NCBI GenBank assembly: GCA_913055805.1
Contig: CAJXLF010000012.1
Span: 35,034 to 99,033 of the forward strand
DNA length: 64,000 nucleotides
Direction: 5' to 3'
DNA from: an uncultured Salinisphaerales bacterium
Lineage (GTDB): Bacteria; Pseudomonadota; Gammaproteobacteria; Nevskiales; CAJXLF01
Of this stretch, positions 28,066 to 38,215 are shown piece by piece (positions within the stretch are counted from its first letter, which is position 1; each line of letters starts with the position of its first letter). The notes beneath the pieces are model-generated. The model was not told where the DNA came from. It saw nothing but the letters and a program-made list of their open reading frames with translations, and ran no database searches. Both the position numbers and the translations under genes were made by a program.

Positions 28066-29277
28066 ATGATTCCGTTCGCGCTCAAGGTTCTGTTGCTGCG
28101 CGCCTACATGCGCGTGCTGAAATTCGTCGTCTGGGTGCTGCCCTACAAGATTCCCCTGGTGTTTGCCGGCCCCGGCTCGCGGCTGCAGCTCTGCGCCACC
28201 ATTGCCAGTTCGGGCATTAAGAAGATCCTTATCGTCACGGATGGCATGATCAACCAGCTGGGTCTGCTGGAACCCATGAAAGAAGAGCTGGGCAAACGCG
28301 GCGTGGATTACGTGGTCTACGACGGCATTCAGCCGGATCCGACCGCCGATCAGATTGAGGCCGGTTTCGAGGTGCTGAAGGCAAACCAGTGTGAAGCGGT
28401 GCTGGCCGTCGGCGGTGGTTCGTCCATCGACGGCGCCAAGGTTATCGCGGCCCGCGCCACCAACAACAAGCCGATCGAGAAGATGGTGGGCCTGTTCAAG
28501 GTACGTAAGCCACTGCTGCCGTTGTATGTGATTCCGACCACTGCAGGCACGGGTTCGGAAGTGACCGTCGGCGCCGTAGTCACTGACACTGTGCAACAAC
28601 GCAAGCTGCCGATTGCCGACCTGACCCTGGTGCCGAAGATGGCCTGCCTGGACGGCGAGATCTCTCTCGGCGTGCCGCCGCCCATCACTGCCGCCACCGG
28701 CATGGACGCCCTGACGCATGCCGTGGAAGCCTATATCTCCCGCAACCACATCGAGAACAGCGATCAGATGGCCACGGCCGCAGTCCGCCTGATCATGGAA
28801 TACCTGCCGCGCGCCTTCGAAAACGGCCAGGACCTGGAAGCCCGCCAGAACATGGCGCTGGCCGCCTTCTATGCCGGCATCGCCCTGTCCCAGGCCGGCC
28901 TCGGTTATGTGCATGGCATCGCGCATAACTTCGGCGCGCTGTATCACGTACCACATGGCTGGGCGAACGCCATCGTGCTGCCGCATGTGCTGGAATATTC
29001 CAAACCCGATTGCAGCGACCGTCTGGCCGAACTGGCCCGCATCAGCGGTCTGGGCAAGGCAGGAGACAGCGATGAACAACTGGCCGATCTGTTCATCGCA
29101 CGGGTACGGGAAATGAAGGCGTCCTTCGGCATCCCCGAACAGCTCGACAAACTCAAGGCGGAAGACATCCCGCGCATTGCCAAGGCCGCCATGGAAGAAG
29201 CCCACTCTACCTATGCCGTACCGCGCTACATGGATCGCAAGACCTGCGAGGCGGTTGTGGGCCAGATGCTCTGCTGA
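28066..29277 (+). CDS. Iron-containing alcohol dehydrogenase
   Basis: VGGGSSIDGAK, PTTAGTGSEVT, GMDALTHAVEAY, VHGIAH, PHG. Confidence 0.9.
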   Translation: MIPFALKVLLLRAYMRVLKFVVWVLPYKIPLVFAGPGSRLQLCATIASSGIKKILIVTDGMINQLGLLEPMKEELGKRGVDYVVYDGIQPDPTADQIEAGFEVLKANQCEAVLAVGGGSSIDGAKVIAARATNNKPIEKMVGLFKVRKPLLPLYVIPTTAGTGSEVTVGAVVTDTVQQRKLPIADLTLVPKMACLDGEISLGVPPPITAATGMDALTHAVEAYISRNHIENSDQMATAAVRLIMEYLPRAFENGQDLEARQNMALAAFYAGIALSQAGLGYVHGIAHNFGALYHVPHGWANAIVLPHVLEYSKPDCSDRLAELARISGLGKAGDSDEQLADLFIARVREMKASFGIPEQLDKLKAEDIPRIAKAAMEEAHSTYAVPRYMDRKTCEAVVGQMLC

Positions 29278-29328
29278 AACTGACCCTGCCTCGGCGCTAT
29301 ACTCACAACAGCGCGAGAGGAGACAGGG

Positions 29329-30906
29329 ATGAACACTTGGCAACAACGGGCTATGGCCCTGGTGCTGAGTTGCCTGCTGGGCCTGACCGCCTGTGGCAGC
29401 TCGGACGACGATGACTTTAATAATGGCAATAACGCGGGCGGTGGCGGCGGCGGTTCCACCAATCAGGAAGGCGACCGTCTCGAACCCGGCCTGCAGGGCC
29501 AGATACCGCTGGCCTCACAGCTAAGTGGCGATGCGGCAGATGGTTATCGCAAGGGTCTGCGTTTGGTGGGCCAGAACACAATCCTGGACCGCGGCGCCAA
29601 TTTCAGCATGGCCTGGCTGGATGACTGTGCCTACATCACTACCACCTCGGCGGGCCAGATTTTCGGCCCGACCTCCTCACCTTACGTCGACCCGCAGTAC
29701 AACCCGCTGAATGGAATGGCAGTGATTGATGCCAGCGACCCGCAAAATCCCGAGCTGGTGGATATTCTGCAAAGTCCGGCCATGATCGCGCCGCATGAAT
29801 CCCTGCATGCCAGCCAGGCACGGCACATTATCGTTGCCGTCCGTGGTGGGGGTACAGCACTCGATGTCTATGAAGCCCAGGATTGCCGTAACCCGGTACT
29901 CAAGGCGTCAGTCAATATCGGGCTTGGTATTACCTTGAGCCTGCCGGAGATCCCTTTTGGCATTGGCCTCATTGATCAGGGGCTGGCCTTCTTCGGCCAC
30001 GCCCTGTGCATTAGCGACGACGGCATGACTGCCTATGCCACCAGTTCGGCGCAGACCAACGCCGTTATTGATTTAAGCGACATCGAAAATCCGTCCCTGA
30101 TCCAACTCTACGCCCCGGCCTCGCATGACTGCGGCCTGAATCCGGAGGGTACGCGGCTGTATCAAGCCAACTTCGGATTTGTGTCGCTGGGTCTGGGCCT
30201 GCCTAACGGCCCGGCGCTAGGCCAGAACGGACTCATGATTCTCGATGTCAGCGGTTTTCAGGATCGCAGCATTGCACCCTCGCCCCTATTCTTAGGTACC
30301 ACACCTCCCCTAATCGGCTTCCTGGGCTGGACCAATCTTCTCGACGGCGAGGCACTCACCGCTGGTTCGCATACGGCGCGCTGGTTCAAACAGGGTGACC
30401 GCACTTATGTCTATTCCAGCGATGAGTGGCCGACCGCCGGCGTTTGCCCCTGGGCGCATAGCCGCATTATCGATATCACGGACGAAACCAACCCGGTAAA
30501 GGTTTCGGACATCGTGCTGGAAGTGAACAAGGTGGAGAACTGCCTGCAAACCGAAATCGACATCGCCAACTATTCGGCGCACTACGTCGGCTTCGATGAC
30601 AAGTACAACGCCACCACCTTGTTCATGACCTATTACACCGGTGGCCTGCGTGTCTGGGATATCCGCGATCCGGCCAACCCTTTCGAGATTGCTTACTGGC
30701 ATCCGGCCCCCAACACGAACACACCGACCGTCTTCCTGTCAGAAGCTTTTGGCAGCTCTGGCAACCGCTGGGATGCCGTGGCCACCTATGTGCGTTACCG
30801 GCCGGAAACCGGACATATCTGGATTGCCGGTTACAGCTCGGGCTTCCAGATTCTGGAGTTCACCGAGTCGGCCGGACCGACCGCACCCCGCCCCACCGGG
30901 CCGTAA
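29329..30906 (+). CDS. LVIVD-repeat beta-propeller lipoprotein
   Basis: Lipobox LTAC; MAVIDASDPQNP, IIDITDETNP, LRVWDIRDPANP repeats; SDE, SAHY. Confidence 0.75.
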   Translation: MNTWQQRAMALVLSCLLGLTACGSSDDDDFNNGNNAGGGGGGSTNQEGDRLEPGLQGQIPLASQLSGDAADGYRKGLRLVGQNTILDRGANFSMAWLDDCAYITTTSAGQIFGPTSSPYVDPQYNPLNGMAVIDASDPQNPELVDILQSPAMIAPHESLHASQARHIIVAVRGGGTALDVYEAQDCRNPVLKASVNIGLGITLSLPEIPFGIGLIDQGLAFFGHALCISDDGMTAYATSSAQTNAVIDLSDIENPSLIQLYAPASHDCGLNPEGTRLYQANFGFVSLGLGLPNGPALGQNGLMILDVSGFQDRSIAPSPLFLGTTPPLIGFLGWTNLLDGEALTAGSHTARWFKQGDRTYVYSSDEWPTAGVCPWAHSRIIDITDETNPVKVSDIVLEVNKVENCLQTEIDIANYSAHYVGFDDKYNATTLFMTYYTGGLRVWDIRDPANPFEIAYWHPAPNTNTPTVFLSEAFGSSGNRWDAVATYVRYRPETGHIWIAGYSSGFQILEFTESAGPTAPRPTGP

Positions 30907-30916
30907 CACTACCCTC

Positions 30917-32383
30917 ATGAGCCGGCTGGCTGTCGCCGGGCTGTTACTGTGCCCCGGCCTGGCACAGGCGCATTCCTTCGGCCGGCTGTACACCCTGCCG
31001 GTACCGCTGTGGATGTATGCCTGGGGAGCATCCGCGGCACTGGTGCTGTCCTTTCTCATGGTGGGCTGGTTTGTGGCGCACCAGGAGGGGTCCGGTGAAA
31101 TCCGCCAGCGGGATCTGAGTCGCGGCTTCTGGGGCAAACTGTTGCTCAATCCACTACTGCTGGGCAGTCTGCAGATATTCAGTGTGGCAGGCTTGCTGCT
31201 GTGCATGGCCACCGGCCTGTTCGGCACCCGCAATGCCTATCTGAATTTCAACATGACGTTCTTCTGGATCGTCTTCCTGTTGGGCTTCAGTTATTTCACG
31301 GCCCTGTTCGGTGGCCTGTATACCGCCATCAGTCCCTGGCAAACACTGGCCCGCATGGCCGGGCGTCTGCCGGGTCTGCATATGCGCGGACAGCTGCGTT
31401 ACCCCGCCGGACTCGGCTGCTGGCCGGCGCTGGCCATGTACATGCTGTTTATCTGGCTCGAACTGTTTGGCGCCGTCGGCCCTTACACCCTGGCCTGGCT
31501 GCTCATCGGCTATGCCGGGCTCAATCTGTTCGGGGCGTGGCTGGTGGGTTGGCGTGACTGGTTCACACAGGCCGAGTTTTTCAGCGTACTGTTCCGTCTG
31601 ATCTCTAAAATGGCGCCCCTGCAATATCAGCCGCCTGAAGCCGATAACGCTCGTGGGAAACTCATCCTTCAGGCCCCTTTTGTCGGCCTGCTGCAATCAC
31701 GCGCCAGCTCCATCAGTGAACTGCTGTTCGTGCTGTTCCTGCTGTCTTCAACCGCCTTCGATGGCCTGCACCAGACCAAACCCTGGGTAAAACTCTACTG
31801 GCAGGATATCGCCGGCTGGCTGCGGCCCTGGGCGGGCGAGAACATCGTGCACGCCTACCCCCTGTTGCGGGAACTGCATGCCGTATTCCAGTCCGGCGCC
31901 TTGCTGTTATCCCCCTTCACTTACCTCGCAACCTATCTGCTGTGCCTGATGATCATGCAACGCATTGCACACAGCGGACTCTCGACCCGGGAACTGGCGC
32001 TGCGCTTTGCTTACTCCCTCATGCCTATCGCACTGGTGTATCACATCACCCATTACTACACGCTGATACTCACGCAGGGCGCGATGATTGTGAGACTCGC
32101 TTCCGACCCCTTCGGCCTGGGCTGGAACTTGTTTGGTACCGCGCACCTGCTGCCCAAACCCGTCATCCCCGACATGGACTGGGTCTGGCACACCCAGGTC
32201 TGGCTGATCCTGCTGGGCCATATCGTCAGTGTTTATCTGGCGCACAGAGAGGCGCTGATGATCTATGCGAAGCGGCGCGATGCCGTACTCAGCCAGATTC
32301 CGATGCTCCTGCTGATGGTGGCCTTTACCTGCTTCGGCCTGTGGATTCTGGCCCAGCCGATTACATCAACGGTGGTGGAATAA
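30917..32383 (+). CDS. Polytopic membrane protein (signal peptide AQA-H; FedB-like)
   Basis: AHSFGRLYTLPVPLW, STAFDG, SLMPIALVYHITHY, ASDPFGLGWNLFGT. Confidence 0.65.
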   Translation: MSRLAVAGLLLCPGLAQAHSFGRLYTLPVPLWMYAWGASAALVLSFLMVGWFVAHQEGSGEIRQRDLSRGFWGKLLLNPLLLGSLQIFSVAGLLLCMATGLFGTRNAYLNFNMTFFWIVFLLGFSYFTALFGGLYTAISPWQTLARMAGRLPGLHMRGQLRYPAGLGCWPALAMYMLFIWLELFGAVGPYTLAWLLIGYAGLNLFGAWLVGWRDWFTQAEFFSVLFRLISKMAPLQYQPPEADNARGKLILQAPFVGLLQSRASSISELLFVLFLLSSTAFDGLHQTKPWVKLYWQDIAGWLRPWAGENIVHAYPLLRELHAVFQSGALLLSPFTYLATYLLCLMIMQRIAHSGLSTRELALRFAYSLMPIALVYHITHYYTLILTQGAMIVRLASDPFGLGWNLFGTAHLLPKPVIPDMDWVWHTQVWLILLGHIVSVYLAHREALMIYAKRRDAVLSQIPMLLLMVAFTCFGLWILAQPITSTVVE

Positions 32384-32391
32384 ACCGCCGG

Positions 32392-32796
32392 TTATTCATC
32401 GGTAAAATCGTGGACCCGATAGCGATCCATGATGGGCACGAAGACTTCCTTGACTGTCTTCACATGCTCGGGATGCACCAGGTAGGCGTTCATGTCCTCA
32501 ATGCTGGCAAAGCGCATGTAAAGCGCCACGTCGAAGCCGTCGTCGACCACCTCGCGCTCACTTTCCACCACCTGACCCACCCGCAATTCGAGAATGCCGG
32601 GGATTTCCTCAAGACGTTTCGAGCCTTCGATGATCTGCTGCCGATGTTCGGCATTGCCGGGTTCCTTCAGCCAGACGAGCACGGTGTGAATTACACCGGG
32701 CGGGTTTTCGGGTTCTGCAGCCCCGGCTGGCAGACTGCCTGATAACCACAGCGGCAAGACGATAAGAAAGACAGGCAATAACGTTCTGACATTCAT
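32392..32796 (-). CDS. Dabb-family (stress-responsive A/B barrel) exported protein
   Basis: HTVLVWLK...IPGI...FDVAL...YLVHPEH. Confidence 0.8.
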   Translation of the reverse strand: MNVRTLLPVFLIVLPLWLSGSLPAGAAEPENPPGVIHTVLVWLKEPGNAEHRQQIIEGSKRLEEIPGILELRVGQVVESEREVVDDGFDVALYMRFASIEDMNAYLVHPEHVKTVKEVFVPIMDRYRVHDFTDE

Positions 32797-32911
32797 CGCT
32801 TCACCACCCAGGACCAGGATATCTGCCCATTTCACAGCTTTGTGAGCACAGATTCAATCGCGGCCTAACCTGATCCGGCCCCGAAGGCGCTGGTGTTGTG
32901 CCTCCTCCGGC

Positions 32912-34405
32912 CTATGGTGACGCGAGGTTTTCGGTGTATTCCCGGCAGGCCGCAAAAATATCGGCGGGCTTGGCCCCGGCCGCCTCAACGATCTCACGAG
33001 TGCAGTAAGCCGCCTGGGGTGCATATTCGCCCATTACGTCATCGACATTCTGACCGCGCTCAACGTCATGAATGCTCTCAACATAGTTTTCATTGGGCAG
33101 CATATGACGGTAAATAACGCCTGCATCCAGATAAGGTCCCCATGGCATCCAGTTGATGTCATTTCCATCCACAGCGTTGGCCGGCCGGTCGGCTTCATCC
33201 GAGATGATGACGGTGAAGTAACCCTGATCATCAAGCAGAGCCTCGTCATCACGGATACATGCGAAATACCGCTGGCTCGCAACTTCGTTCTGGCATACAG
33301 ACCAGTAGCGTAGTTGTTCAGAAGCGAAAGGCACGCCCGCCTGCGTACGATAGGTTGGCGCCTTGGCTCTGAACAGGATTACGTTGCCTTTGGAGCGATA
33401 GTAGATCGAGTAGGTGTAGGCATTGTGAATATTGGAGAGAAATCCACCGCCGCCCGTTTCCGGCATGATCGAATTAATCTGCTCACCTATCGGCAGTCCC
33501 AGCAGCTCCGCCAGAAAGACAAAATAAAATTCAGGAAGGCCGTGAAACTTATGGGTTTGTACATCCGGCAAACCCAGCGGCGTTTGCCCGTTCGCAAGAA
33601 GAAAAGGATCATCCGGGAAATCCACTTCGCCCAGCACATCATTCAGACCCAGTTCGGGCAAGGTATTTCCCAGTGTTGGCAATAACGGCTCAACGCAGTC
33701 TGCGGTTGGTAACAGTTCGACTTCGCCGTCAGCCGTTTCCAGCGTCAGAATCGGCAGCCCCACACCACCATCAAAATCAAAACCTTCATTGGGCGCATAG
33801 CTGCGATAGAACAGCCCCGTCATGAGGGGTTGTGGCAAAGCCGCATCAGCGACGAAAAATTCGCCGGCGTAAACAGTATTCGGCGCCGGATTCTCCGGCT
33901 TGCCGGTGAACTCGACATATACCGTGTAAGTATCACCGTAACCCGCGCCCTCCTTCACAAAGGGGTTCTCGCCTCCTTCATCCGGCGTGATCTCGAAATC
34001 GGCAATCGCGTCGCTTGGACGCAGCATCGGATCATAGACATTAAAAGAGAAGTAACGCAGTGCCGCATAGCGGCCATTGATCCGAAGCCGCGTGCCGGGA
34101 ATCATCGGCACCATAGATACCCAGTACTTCGCAGATTCATCCGGGTAGGCAATATTCATGAGATCGGTGTTGCTGGCGACCTCCCAGCCACAGGCGATAC
34201 CAAAAGGATACTGATCCCTTTGCACCGATTGCTGAACATCATCTTCATTATCCGAAGGGGTCTGGCCACCACTATTGGCTGATGCGTCCTGCGATTGCGG
34301 TATTGAGGAATTGCCGTCAGAGCAGGCTACTAATAGCAGTGAACCGAGAAGCAGAAGAAAACCTGACAGGTTTCGAGTGGACGTTTTAAAAGTAGATATA
34401 GTCAT
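32912..34405 (-). CDS. Hypothetical lipoprotein (DUF1214-like beta-sandwich motifs)
   Basis: Lipobox LVAC; NIAYPDESAKYW, RYFSFNVYD, LRYWSVC. Confidence 0.6.
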   Translation of the reverse strand: MTISTFKTSTRNLSGFLLLLGSLLLVACSDGNSSIPQSQDASANSGGQTPSDNEDDVQQSVQRDQYPFGIACGWEVASNTDLMNIAYPDESAKYWVSMVPMIPGTRLRINGRYAALRYFSFNVYDPMLRPSDAIADFEITPDEGGENPFVKEGAGYGDTYTVYVEFTGKPENPAPNTVYAGEFFVADAALPQPLMTGLFYRSYAPNEGFDFDGGVGLPILTLETADGEVELLPTADCVEPLLPTLGNTLPELGLNDVLGEVDFPDDPFLLANGQTPLGLPDVQTHKFHGLPEFYFVFLAELLGLPIGEQINSIMPETGGGGFLSNIHNAYTYSIYYRSKGNVILFRAKAPTYRTQAGVPFASEQLRYWSVCQNEVASQRYFACIRDDEALLDDQGYFTVIISDEADRPANAVDGNDINWMPWGPYLDAGVIYRHMLPNENYVESIHDVERGQNVDDVMGEYAPQAAYCTREIVEAAGAKPADIFAACREYTENLASP

Positions 34406-34449
34406 TTTGGCTACCCCCTCCGGAACGGAATAGCCCAACAAGATACTCA

Positions 34450-34483
34450 ATTAACCCAATTGGGTCAACCCAATTGGGTTAAT
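34450..34483. promoter_or_regulatory. Nested palindrome, probable TetR operator
   Basis: attaacccaattgggt-ca-acccaattgggttaat (16-bp arms, each containing the palindrome ACCCAATTGGGT). Confidence 0.6.
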
Positions 34484-35222
34484 AGGTAATTTTTGCCATA
34501 GCCTCGGGTGGGAGTTCGCTTATCCAGTCCCTGATGTCGTCCATAAAATCCAGGTTCCACTCCGCTGTTACGCCCGCGGTGACGTAGCGCATAAAACCGG
34601 CAAACATGGTGACATCGCCCATGGCCATGCGCTCTTCGGGATTCTCCGGATCCTGCAAACGAAAGATCAGCTCTTTATCGGACAAGCCATTGACCATGCT
34701 GTTAATGGCCAGAAAGTGCTGAAACCGCAGGGCTCTTGGGGGTTTGTCCGGCAGCAATTCAGCCAGCTTGTTCTCGCAGAGGAAAAGTTGCTTGCCCATG
34801 ACACCGATCAACATGTCCTGACCGAGTTCGTGCTCTTCACGTACCAGACGTGCAACCACACGCATGGCGTCCACGCCGTCGTCTCCACTGAAGTACAGCA
34901 ACAGGAGCGGCAGAAACTCGGCCCTCAGGACGTCGATAGGTTCCAATGCCCTCTCGCCTTCAAGCTGAATCAGCTTGTCCCATGCCTGTTTCTGCAGCGG
35001 TTCCAGACGGTCAGAAATGTATTCCACGATCGCGGCAATAAACCCTTCGCGATTCTTGAAGTAGTAGCGAATACTCGCCTCGTTCTTGTTACCCGAGGCA
35101 CGAATCACTTCTCGCAGGGATTTTCCCTTGGTGCCGAATTCGGCAAACAGCCGGATACCGGTCAATATCAACTGAGTGCGAGTGTCTGTACCCGAATTTT
35201 TATCGACGGATTTAGTGGACAT
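34479..35222 (-). CDS. TetR/AcrR-family regulator
   Basis: TRTQLILTGIRLFAEFG..SLREVIRASG.KNEASIRYYFKNREG HTH. Confidence 0.85.
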   Translation of the reverse strand: MSTKSVDKNSGTDTRTQLILTGIRLFAEFGTKGKSLREVIRASGNKNEASIRYYFKNREGFIAAIVEYISDRLEPLQKQAWDKLIQLEGERALEPIDVLRAEFLPLLLLYFSGDDGVDAMRVVARLVREEHELGQDMLIGVMGKQLFLCENKLAELLPDKPPRALRFQHFLAINSMVNGLSDKELIFRLQDPENPEERMAMGDVTMFAGFMRYVTAGVTAEWNLDFMDDIRDWISELPPEAMAKITY

Positions 35223-35299
35223 GAAAAGTCGTTATCAGATAGCGGCGAGTCGGGTAAGTGTACTCACTGAATACGCTTTTCGCAGAAATAGCTTCGGAC

Positions 35300-35920
35300 T
35301 TACCCTGCCAGCTGCCTGACCCAGGCTGAAGCCGCTCCCGGCAAACTGCCAAGAATAGTTCCGGCGTGGTTGAGGTCCACGATGATGGGCCCTGCGTTAC
35401 CTTTCCAGCGTCTGCACGCGGCCATACCCTGCCTGAACATGCTGCGCATCAGCAGGTTGTCCGGCAGCAGTTCCACATAATCGACCTTGTCGGCCGCCGC
35501 GGACTGCAGGTAGACATAACGCGCACCCATCATGCGGATATCACAGACCAGTTCGAAACCCTGCGCCAGCGCGCGTTCGGTATCCCGGTCAATATCGCGG
35601 CAGAGATGGGCGGTGTGATGCAGTCCGAAATCCCCTGCACGGGTGACTTCGAAATAAGGCGACGACGCATCGTTGACCTGCTGGATGAGTTCGATTTGCA
35701 TGTCGCCATGGTAGGTCAGCGCCACATGGATAACGGGTTCGCTTTTCTCGCCCCGATAGCTGCAGGGCAGATGCACATTGCGCATCAACAGCCAGGGACC
35801 GAGCCTCTGCTCCCGGCTGAGCGTCGCCATGCAGGCTTCAATATCACTCACCACATGGCCCATCTGGCGCACGGGGCCGAAGCCTTCGATTGCCGGCTCT
35901 CCGACCAACACCACCTTCAT
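35300..35920 (-). CDS. VOC/glyoxalase-family protein
   Basis: QMGHVVSDIE, QIELIQQ, GLHHTA; ATGA overlap with the upstream gene. Confidence 0.75.
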   Translation of the reverse strand: MKVVLVGEPAIEGFGPVRQMGHVVSDIEACMATLSREQRLGPWLLMRNVHLPCSYRGEKSEPVIHVALTYHGDMQIELIQQVNDASSPYFEVTRAGDFGLHHTAHLCRDIDRDTERALAQGFELVCDIRMMGARYVYLQSAAADKVDYVELLPDNLLMRSMFRQGMAACRRWKGNAGPIIVDLNHAGTILGSLPGAASAWVRQLAG

Positions 35921-37128
35921 GCTGCGGGAGTGTTGCGCAACTTCACATCGTTCGGTCCGTTCAGCACACAGTAAGTGCCGCCGGGCGCATAAATGGAAGG
36001 CACACATTCATTGCAGGAGGTGCAGCCGGATTCAGTGGCGCTGCCCTGCTCATACTTGTTGACCAGGTTCGGGTCCTGCAGCAGGGCACGGCCCATGGCG
36101 ACACAGTCGAAACCGTCACTGATGGCCTGTTCGATATCGGCCAGTTGCTTGCTGCCGCCCAGATAGGTCAGTGGCATTTTCACTGCCTGCCGGACCTGGA
36201 TGGAATGCTCCCGCAGGTACAGTGGCCGGAATTTCACTTTCGGCTCAAACAGACGTGTCAGCCGTGCGCCCCAGCGCATCACTGGATTCTCCACCGTATC
36301 CGCCACCGAGGCGGGCAGCTGGCTGCCGAAAATCTGCCAGGGTGATTCCACGTTCATGCCGCCGCTGAGCACCAGCAGATGGGCGCCTTCGGCTTCCAGC
36401 ACCTTGGCCACTTCGACACTGTCCTCAGCGGTGGCGCCTTTTTTGACGCCTTCGATCACGCTGATCTTGCACAGCACCGCCAGCCGCTCACCCACCGCAT
36501 CCAGCACCCGGCGCAATACCATGGCCGGGAAACGGGCACGGCCGGCCGCGTCGCCGCCGTACTGGTCGCGGCGTTTGTTGTACATGGGAGAAATAAACTG
36601 ACTGAGCAGATAACCATGTCCCATGTGGATTTCGACGGCGTCGAAACCGGCCTTTTCCGCCAGCAGCGCCGCCTCAGCAAACTGGCCGGCAATCATGTCC
36701 ATGTGCACTTCGGTCATGGCCTGCTTGAAGGGCCGCCAGGTCATGAGCCCGACAGGATTGAAGCCGCCGGAAGCGCTCAGGGGCCAACGCGTAGACAGTT
36801 GTGGCAGAAAATTGAAACAGCCGCCATGCGTAATCTGGGCGCAGGCCAGCGCGCCGGCGGCATGCACGCTGTCGGTCAGCACCTTCAGATGCGGCAGGCT
36901 GGTTTCGTCCAGGCAGACCTGATCGGGGAAAGTGCGGCCATCCGGACTCACGGCGCAATAAGCCACCGTGGTCAGGGCCGCACCCCCTGCCGCGACGCGG
37001 CGGTGATACTCCACCAGCATCTTCGAAGGCACGCCACCCGGCGCCATGCCTTCATTGGTGGCCGGTTTGATAATGCGGTTTTTAAGGGTCAGCGGCCCGA
37101 TGCGTATCGGCGTAAAGGCAGCGCTCAT
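35917..37128 (-). CDS. Old-yellow-enzyme family NADH:flavin oxidoreductase
   Basis: LKNRIIKPATNE, AGFDAVEIHMGHGYLLSQFISP, NKRRDQYGG, MGRALL, CTSCNEC. Confidence 0.85.
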   Translation of the reverse strand: MSAAFTPIRIGPLTLKNRIIKPATNEGMAPGGVPSKMLVEYHRRVAAGGAALTTVAYCAVSPDGRTFPDQVCLDETSLPHLKVLTDSVHAAGALACAQITHGGCFNFLPQLSTRWPLSASGGFNPVGLMTWRPFKQAMTEVHMDMIAGQFAEAALLAEKAGFDAVEIHMGHGYLLSQFISPMYNKRRDQYGGDAAGRARFPAMVLRRVLDAVGERLAVLCKISVIEGVKKGATAEDSVEVAKVLEAEGAHLLVLSGGMNVESPWQIFGSQLPASVADTVENPVMRWGARLTRLFEPKVKFRPLYLREHSIQVRQAVKMPLTYLGGSKQLADIEQAISDGFDCVAMGRALLQDPNLVNKYEQGSATESGCTSCNECVPSIYAPGGTYCVLNGPNDVKLRNTPAA

Positions 37129-37136
37129 GGGGTGTG

Positions 37137-38063
37137 TTAATCCAGACTGGCGGCTGACATGCGCGGCAGAAAACGGTTCACGCGCTGCTTGTACACCTCA
37201 TAAGCCGGATACTTGCCCGAGGAAATGGTCTCGGCCAGTTCCGAGCTGTTGCGGAACAGCACAATCAGCAGCACACAGCCCACCACCGTCCAGTTGAGGC
37301 TGCCGGTGGCCAGCAGGCTGAAGCCGAACACCACGACCCAGATACTTTGCTCGGCGAAGTAGTTCGGATGCCGCGAGCGCGCCCATAACCCGGTATGGGT
37401 AAAGCCCTTGTCGTAAGGCGCCGTCAGCGTTTCACCGGCATTGATGCGGCGATGCTTCTCGGTCTGGAAGTTCCACTGCTGCTGGTCGGCAATGGTTTCC
37501 CAGATCACCAGCCCCAGGAACAGGGCGGCCAGCACTGCATCCCAGACGCCGGGCTCACCCGTGCCGTGCAGAGTCACGATGGGCAGTGCGATCAGCATTA
37601 GCAGACCGTGCTGGTAGAAGGAAATAAAGAACAGGTTGAACAGGGTCCACAGCAGCGGCTTTTTCAGCGCCGGGGTCATTTCGCGCACATGATCCCAGCG
37701 GTAGTCCTGATGCCCTTCCCAGAATTTCCAGCTGTAACCGCCCATGCGGCCGAAGTTGTAGGTGAGGCGTGCGCCCCAGATCGTGACCAGCACAGACACC
37801 AGCACCATGCGCGGCTCATAGCCACCCAGATGCGCCGCGGTCCAGCAGAACACAATCGGCGTGAGGCTCCAGAGCTTGTCGGTCTGGCTGTAGTTCCTGG
37901 TCACTTCACTGACGATAAAGCTAAGCAGCGAGAAGCCGACCATTTCCCAGGCCAGGATTTCAGCCATCGCCAGCTGTGCTTCCGTCAGGGGTGAACCGTA
38001 GTAGATCGCCAGCGCCGGAATGGCGATGACCGTAATCATCAGAAATAAAGCCGTCTTGCCCAT
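37137..38063 (-). CDS. DUF1295 (steroid 5alpha-reductase superfamily) membrane protein
   Basis: NYSQTDKLWS, WGARLT, ETIADQQQW, GLWARSRHPNYFAEQ; RBS aggagg before MGKTA. Confidence 0.85.
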   Translation of the reverse strand: MGKTALFLMITVIAIPALAIYYGSPLTEAQLAMAEILAWEMVGFSLLSFIVSEVTRNYSQTDKLWSLTPIVFCWTAAHLGGYEPRMVLVSVLVTIWGARLTYNFGRMGGYSWKFWEGHQDYRWDHVREMTPALKKPLLWTLFNLFFISFYQHGLLMLIALPIVTLHGTGEPGVWDAVLAALFLGLVIWETIADQQQWNFQTEKHRRINAGETLTAPYDKGFTHTGLWARSRHPNYFAEQSIWVVVFGFSLLATGSLNWTVVGCVLLIVLFRNSSELAETISSGKYPAYEVYKQRVNRFLPRMSAASLD

Positions 38064-38082
38064 TGTCTCCTCCTGCAATGGC

Positions 38083-38210
38083 TCCTTCCCCTTGAAGGAC
38101 AGGATTGGGGACGGGGTGCGAAAATCATCCTGCCCCTCTCCCCGACCCTCTCCCACCGGTGGAGAGGGAACATTCATTTTCTTCGCGCCTTAGCGCCTTT
38201 GCGTGAGAAA
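38083..38210. repeat. Family A repeats plus a family D half-element (cttcgcgccttagcgcctttgcgtgag)
   Basis: ccttccccttgaagg; cccctctccccgaccctctcccaccggtggagaggg; cttcgcgccttagcgcctttgcgtgag. Confidence 0.75.
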
Positions 38211-38215
38211 AAATC

